The notes under the pieces are model-generated. The model did not search any database and was not told the origin of the DNA. It saw only the letters and a program-made list of their open reading frames with translations. The position numbers and the translations under genes are program-made. A stretch of 29,279 bases of DNA from an uncultured Clostridium sp. (GTDB lineage: Bacteria > Bacillota_I > Bacilli_A > RF39 > UBA660): NCBI GenBank assembly GCA_964456325.1, contig CAYVZW010000001.1:1-29279 (forward strand), given 5' to 3'. Of this stretch, positions 25,704-29,279 are shown in pieces. Each line of letters starts with the position of its first letter. Positions within the stretch are counted from its first letter, which is position 1.

Positions 25704-27866
25704 ATGAAAAATTATATCAGTGGAAACGTTAGAAAAATTATTTATGAAAGCGCATCTAGTTCTTATAAAGTAGGTATTTTTAAGGTACGTGAAACTAATA
25801 TAAGTGACTTAGATGAATACATTGATAAAATAATTAGTTTTACTGGTTCATTTACTGAAATTAATATGGATTTAGATTATATATTCTATGGAAAACTAAC
25901 TACACATCCTAAATACGGAACACAATTTACAGTTGAAAATTATGAAATAAAAGAACCTAATGATAATGAAAGTTTAGTAATATATTTAAGCAGTGGATTA
26001 TTTAAAGGAATAGGACTTAAAACAGCTAAAAAAATTGTTGAAAAATATGGATCTGATACAGTAAATATAATTAAAAATGAATATGAAAAATTAGCATTAG
26101 TTAATGGAATGACAGAATCAAAAGCTAAGAAGATGCATGATAAAATGGTGGATAATGAACTAAATCAAGATTACATAATTAAATTAAATGCATTAGGATT
26201 TAGTGTAAAAGAAGCAATTGATTTAATAACATTATATAAATCAAAACTATTTAATGTAATAGAAAACAATATATATGACTTAGTAGAATATATTGCATTT
26301 GAAAAACTTGATACAATATACTTAAAGAATTATGATGAAATAACTCCAGTTAGAATAGAAGCACTAATTAAACATAACATTTATAATATGTGTTATGAAT
26401 CAGGGGATACTTTAGTAACAAAAGAAGAACTATTAATTAAAATGAAAAGTTGTTTTAGGGGAGTTTTTTCATTAGATACATTTTTATTATATTTGAACAA
26501 ATTAATAAAAGAAAAAGAAATAGTTGAAGTTAATGAAATGATTACACTTAAAAATTTCTATGATACTGAAGAATTAATATATAGAAATATAATAAGACTT
26601 AATAGTATAAAAAATAATTATGATATAGATAAACTAGAACATTTTATAGATGAATATGAAACAAGAAACAATATTAAATTTGCAAGTAATCAAAAAAATG
26701 CAATAATAGAAAGTATAATGAATAACTTTTATATAATAACAGGAGGGCCAGGTACTGGAAAAACAACTATTATAAAAGCAGTTGTGGAAATACTTAAAGA
26801 TTTAAATGAATATACAGATGAAGATATAGCTCTATTAGCTCCAACTGGAAGAAGCGCTAAAAGAATGGCTGAATTAGTATTATTCCCTGCATCAACAATA
26901 CATAAATATTTAAAATGGAATAAAGAAAGTAATGACTTTCAAATTAATGAAGATAATAAAAGTACAAGCAAAGTTATTATAATAGATGAATCAAGTATGA
27001 TAGATATATTCTTATTTAGTTCATTGTTAAAAGGATTACAATTAAACATAAAACTTATTTTAGTAGGAGATGCTAATCAACTTCCTAGTATAGGACCTGG
27101 GGATGTACTTAATAATTTACTTCACAATGATGAAATTAAAAAGAAATATCTAACAGATATATACAGAGTTAAAGAAGGAAGCTATATTACATATTTAGCT
27201 AATGATATTAAAGATATTAAAACATTTGAATCATTTGATAAAAAATATGATGACTTTAAATTCATTGAAGCAACTGATGAAGAAATAATACCATACTTAA
27301 ATAAAATATGTGAAAGTGCGATTAAAAAAGGTATTAAAACAGATAATTTTCAAGTGTTAGCTCCGATGTATAAAGGATATAATGGAATAGATAATTTAAA
27401 TAAAATAATGAAAGATATATTTAATCCTAATGCAAAAACTTATTCAATAAATGATGTATATTATAGTGTTGGAGATAAAGTAATACAACTTGTAAATGAT
27501 GTAGATAATAATGTGTTTAATGGAGATATAGGTTATATAAGAGAAATAGAATACTTAGAAAAGAAATTAGTAATAACAATAGACTATTTGGGTAATATAG
27601 TTGAATATAGTTCAGGAGAATTTGATAAATTTATGTTAGCTTACGCTATTAGTATTCATAAATCACAAGGAAGTGAATATGATAATGTAGTAGTAATACT
27701 TGCTAAAAGTTTTGGAAGAATGTTTTATAATAAATTAATTTATACAGCAATTACAAGAGCAAAACAAAGTTTAATAATAATTGGAAGTATAGATTCACTT
27801 AATAAATCAATAAATACACTTTATGCAACAAACAGAAAAACATATTTAAAATGTATAAATAAATAA
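25704..27866 (+). CDS. recD2: ATP-dependent RecD-like helicase RecD2
   Basis: HPKYG.QF, HhH GIGLKTAKKI, GGPGTGKT, APTGRSAKR, DESSM, GDANQLPS, YAISIHKSQGSEY, YTAITRAK. Confidence 0.95.
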   Translation: MKNYISGNVRKIIYESASSSYKVGIFKVRETNISDLDEYIDKIISFTGSFTEINMDLDYIFYGKLTTHPKYGTQFTVENYEIKEPNDNESLVIYLSSGLFKGIGLKTAKKIVEKYGSDTVNIIKNEYEKLALVNGMTESKAKKMHDKMVDNELNQDYIIKLNALGFSVKEAIDLITLYKSKLFNVIENNIYDLVEYIAFEKLDTIYLKNYDEITPVRIEALIKHNIYNMCYESGDTLVTKEELLIKMKSCFRGVFSLDTFLLYLNKLIKEKEIVEVNEMITLKNFYDTEELIYRNIIRLNSIKNNYDIDKLEHFIDEYETRNNIKFASNQKNAIIESIMNNFYIITGGPGTGKTTIIKAVVEILKDLNEYTDEDIALLAPTGRSAKRMAELVLFPASTIHKYLKWNKESNDFQINEDNKSTSKVIIIDESSMIDIFLFSSLLKGLQLNIKLILVGDANQLPSIGPGDVLNNLLHNDEIKKKYLTDIYRVKEGSYITYLANDIKDIKTFESFDKKYDDFKFIEATDEEIIPYLNKICESAIKKGIKTDNFQVLAPMYKGYNGIDNLNKIMKDIFNPNAKTYSINDVYYSVGDKVIQLVNDVDNNVFNGDIGYIREIEYLEKKLVITIDYLGNIVEYSSGEFDKFMLAYAISIHKSQGSEYDNVVVILAKSFGRMFYNKLIYTAITRAKQSLIIIGSIDSLNKSINTLYATNRKTYLKCINK

Positions 27867-27893
27867 AAACACTTAATAATAATATTAAGGAGA

Positions 27894-28031
27894 GTGATAT
27901 TTATAAAGCTTATTAATACTACAATTGCTTTTGGATGTGGAGTAGGTGCTGGATTATTATATGATAAATATAATAAAGATATAATGAATTATTTCAAAAA
28001 AGCAAATAAAAAGGTTAAAGAAATTAAATAG
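27894..28031 (+). CDS. Small 45-aa membrane-associated protein, YtxH-like (absent from supplied ORF track)
   Basis: Open frame MIFIKLINTTIAFGCGVGAGLLYDKYNKDIMNYFKKANKKVKEIK*; AAGGAG nearby; followed by terminator; exact start uncertain. Confidence 0.65.
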   Translation: MIFIKLINTTIAFGCGVGAGLLYDKYNKDIMNYFKKANKKVKEIK

Positions 28032-28055
28032 TTCATAGTTGGAACTATTTTTTTT
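28027..28055 (+). terminator. Intrinsic terminator after small ORF
   Basis: AATAGTTC-7 nt-GAACTATT then T-run. Confidence 0.75.
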
Positions 28056-28087
28056 CAAAAAAATGTGTTAATATTATCTTATAGGAT

Positions 28088-29254
28088 GTGAATAAAATGT
28101 TAAGAAAAAAAACAGATGAAAAAAAAGTAAACACTGGAAGACTTAATGAATTATTATCAACTGGAAATAAAATATTAAGTTTACTATATGTACTATTTAT
28201 AATATTACTTGTTTATATTATAAGTTTAATATGTAAGGAATGGGGAGTTCTTTCATTTATTGGTAAGATATTATCAGTAATATCTCCATTATTCATTGGA
28301 TTCTTTATTGCTTGGTTATTAAACCCACTAGTAAAGAAATTAAAAGAGAAAAAAGTTAATAGAACACTTGCGGTTATAATAGCATACTTGATTTTATTAG
28401 CAGTTATATATTTAGTATTCGCATTTACAATACCAGCTTTAGGAGATCAAATGTCTGATATAGTTAGTGCTATACCTGATATAGTGGATGATGTTAATAA
28501 ATGGATTAATAATATATTCTTAAAATTATCTAATTTATCATTACAAAACTTAGATGCAGTTAAGGCATCATTCTTAACTAAAATAACTGAAATAGCTTCA
28601 GGTATTCAAAAAGATTTACCAACTACAGCAGTTAATATTATATCAAGTGTTGCGAGTGGAATAGGTACCATATTATTAAGTTTAATTATAGGATTCTATT
28701 TATTATTTGATTATGATAAGTTTGTTGATGGTATTATTAAATTATTCCCAAAGAATTGTAGAAAAGAAGTAATGACATTAACTAGTAGATTAAGTGAATC
28801 ATTATATTCATTTGTAAATGGAACATTATGGTTATCAATATTATTATTTGTTGTATCAATTATCGGTTTTTCAATTATTGGATTAAATGCACCTGTTTTA
28901 ATAGCGTTTATATGTGTTATAACTAATTTAATACCTTATATAGGACCATATATGGGTGCTGCGGTTGCTGGAGCAATAGGGCTTGCAGAAAGTCCTGTAA
29001 TTGGAGTATTGACTTTAATATTCATTCTTATAGTTCAAACTATAGATGGTAACTTATTACAACCATTAGTGATGAGTAAAAAGATGAATTTAAGTCCAAT
29101 AACAATATTATTATCATTATTAGTATTTGGATACTTTTGGGGTATATTTGGAATGGTAATAGCTACTCCTTTAATAGCAATATTAAAAATAATATATGAA
29201 TTCTTAGATGAGAAGTTTCACTTCTTTGATTATAAGAGTAATAATGAAGAATAG
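28088..29254 (+). CDS. AI-2E family (PerM/UPF0118) transporter
   Basis: PLFIGFFIAWLLNPLV, NLIPYIGP, Q.IDGNLLQP.VMSKKMNLSP, G..GMVIATP; start at GTG 28088 or ATG 28097. Confidence 0.93.
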   Translation: MNKMLRKKTDEKKVNTGRLNELLSTGNKILSLLYVLFIILLVYIISLICKEWGVLSFIGKILSVISPLFIGFFIAWLLNPLVKKLKEKKVNRTLAVIIAYLILLAVIYLVFAFTIPALGDQMSDIVSAIPDIVDDVNKWINNIFLKLSNLSLQNLDAVKASFLTKITEIASGIQKDLPTTAVNIISSVASGIGTILLSLIIGFYLLFDYDKFVDGIIKLFPKNCRKEVMTLTSRLSESLYSFVNGTLWLSILLFVVSIIGFSIIGLNAPVLIAFICVITNLIPYIGPYMGAAVAGAIGLAESPVIGVLTLIFILIVQTIDGNLLQPLVMSKKMNLSPITILLSLLVFGYFWGIFGMVIATPLIAILKIIYEFLDEKFHFFDYKSNNEE

Positions 29255-29278
29255 TCTTGATTAAGTTCAAGGCTTTTT
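29253..29278 (+). terminator. Intrinsic terminator
   Basis: AGTCTTGA-TTAAGT-TCAAGGCT then TTTT. Confidence 0.75.
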
Positions 29279-29279
29279 A

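Noticed and set aside
19065-29279. Prophage or island integrated at tRNA-Arg
   Set aside because: No duplicate of the tRNA 3' end and no integrase found; recD2 and other core genes follow.
1-29279. Alternative genetic code (UGA=Trp)
   Set aside because: TGA terminates several genes at expected ends and the conserved Trp codons I checked are TGG.

Overview
A very AT-rich (roughly a quarter GC by eye) chromosomal window using genetic code 11, with all but one of its genes on the + strand. Cell-wall genes, a sporulation-type sigma factor and many secreted orphan proteins suggest an uncultured, genome-reduced Bacilli lineage such as RF39 (inference). The housekeeping backbone is ftsY-ylxM, an SPFH protein, a DacF-like carboxypeptidase, an FNT channel, a polar amino-acid ABC transporter, arcA-arcB, cdsA-rseP, an HD hydrolase, tRNA-Arg(CCT), recD2 and an AI-2E transporter. 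Accessory parts are surface/secreted proteins, a UPF0104 flippase-like + YfhO + SIS cluster and an AAA-DUF4143 ATPase. No integrase, transposase, reverse transcriptase, CRISPR array or att duplication was seen. The strongest leads are: (1) a module of surface protein, SpoIIAA-like STAS protein and SigF-like sigma factor with no SpoIIAB, where the STAS protein has lost its phospho-serine (DSSG>DKRG), a perfect Spo0A box sits upstream, and one-base slippage at an A8 run would fuse the membrane protein to STAS; (2) an arginine deiminase/ornithine carbamoyltransferase pair in which both enzymes carry substrate-pocket substitutions and arcC/arcD are absent; (3) a tRNA whose U8-A9-G10 is the stop codon of the upstream gene; (4) a multi-domain surface protein with a 17-Cys tail.
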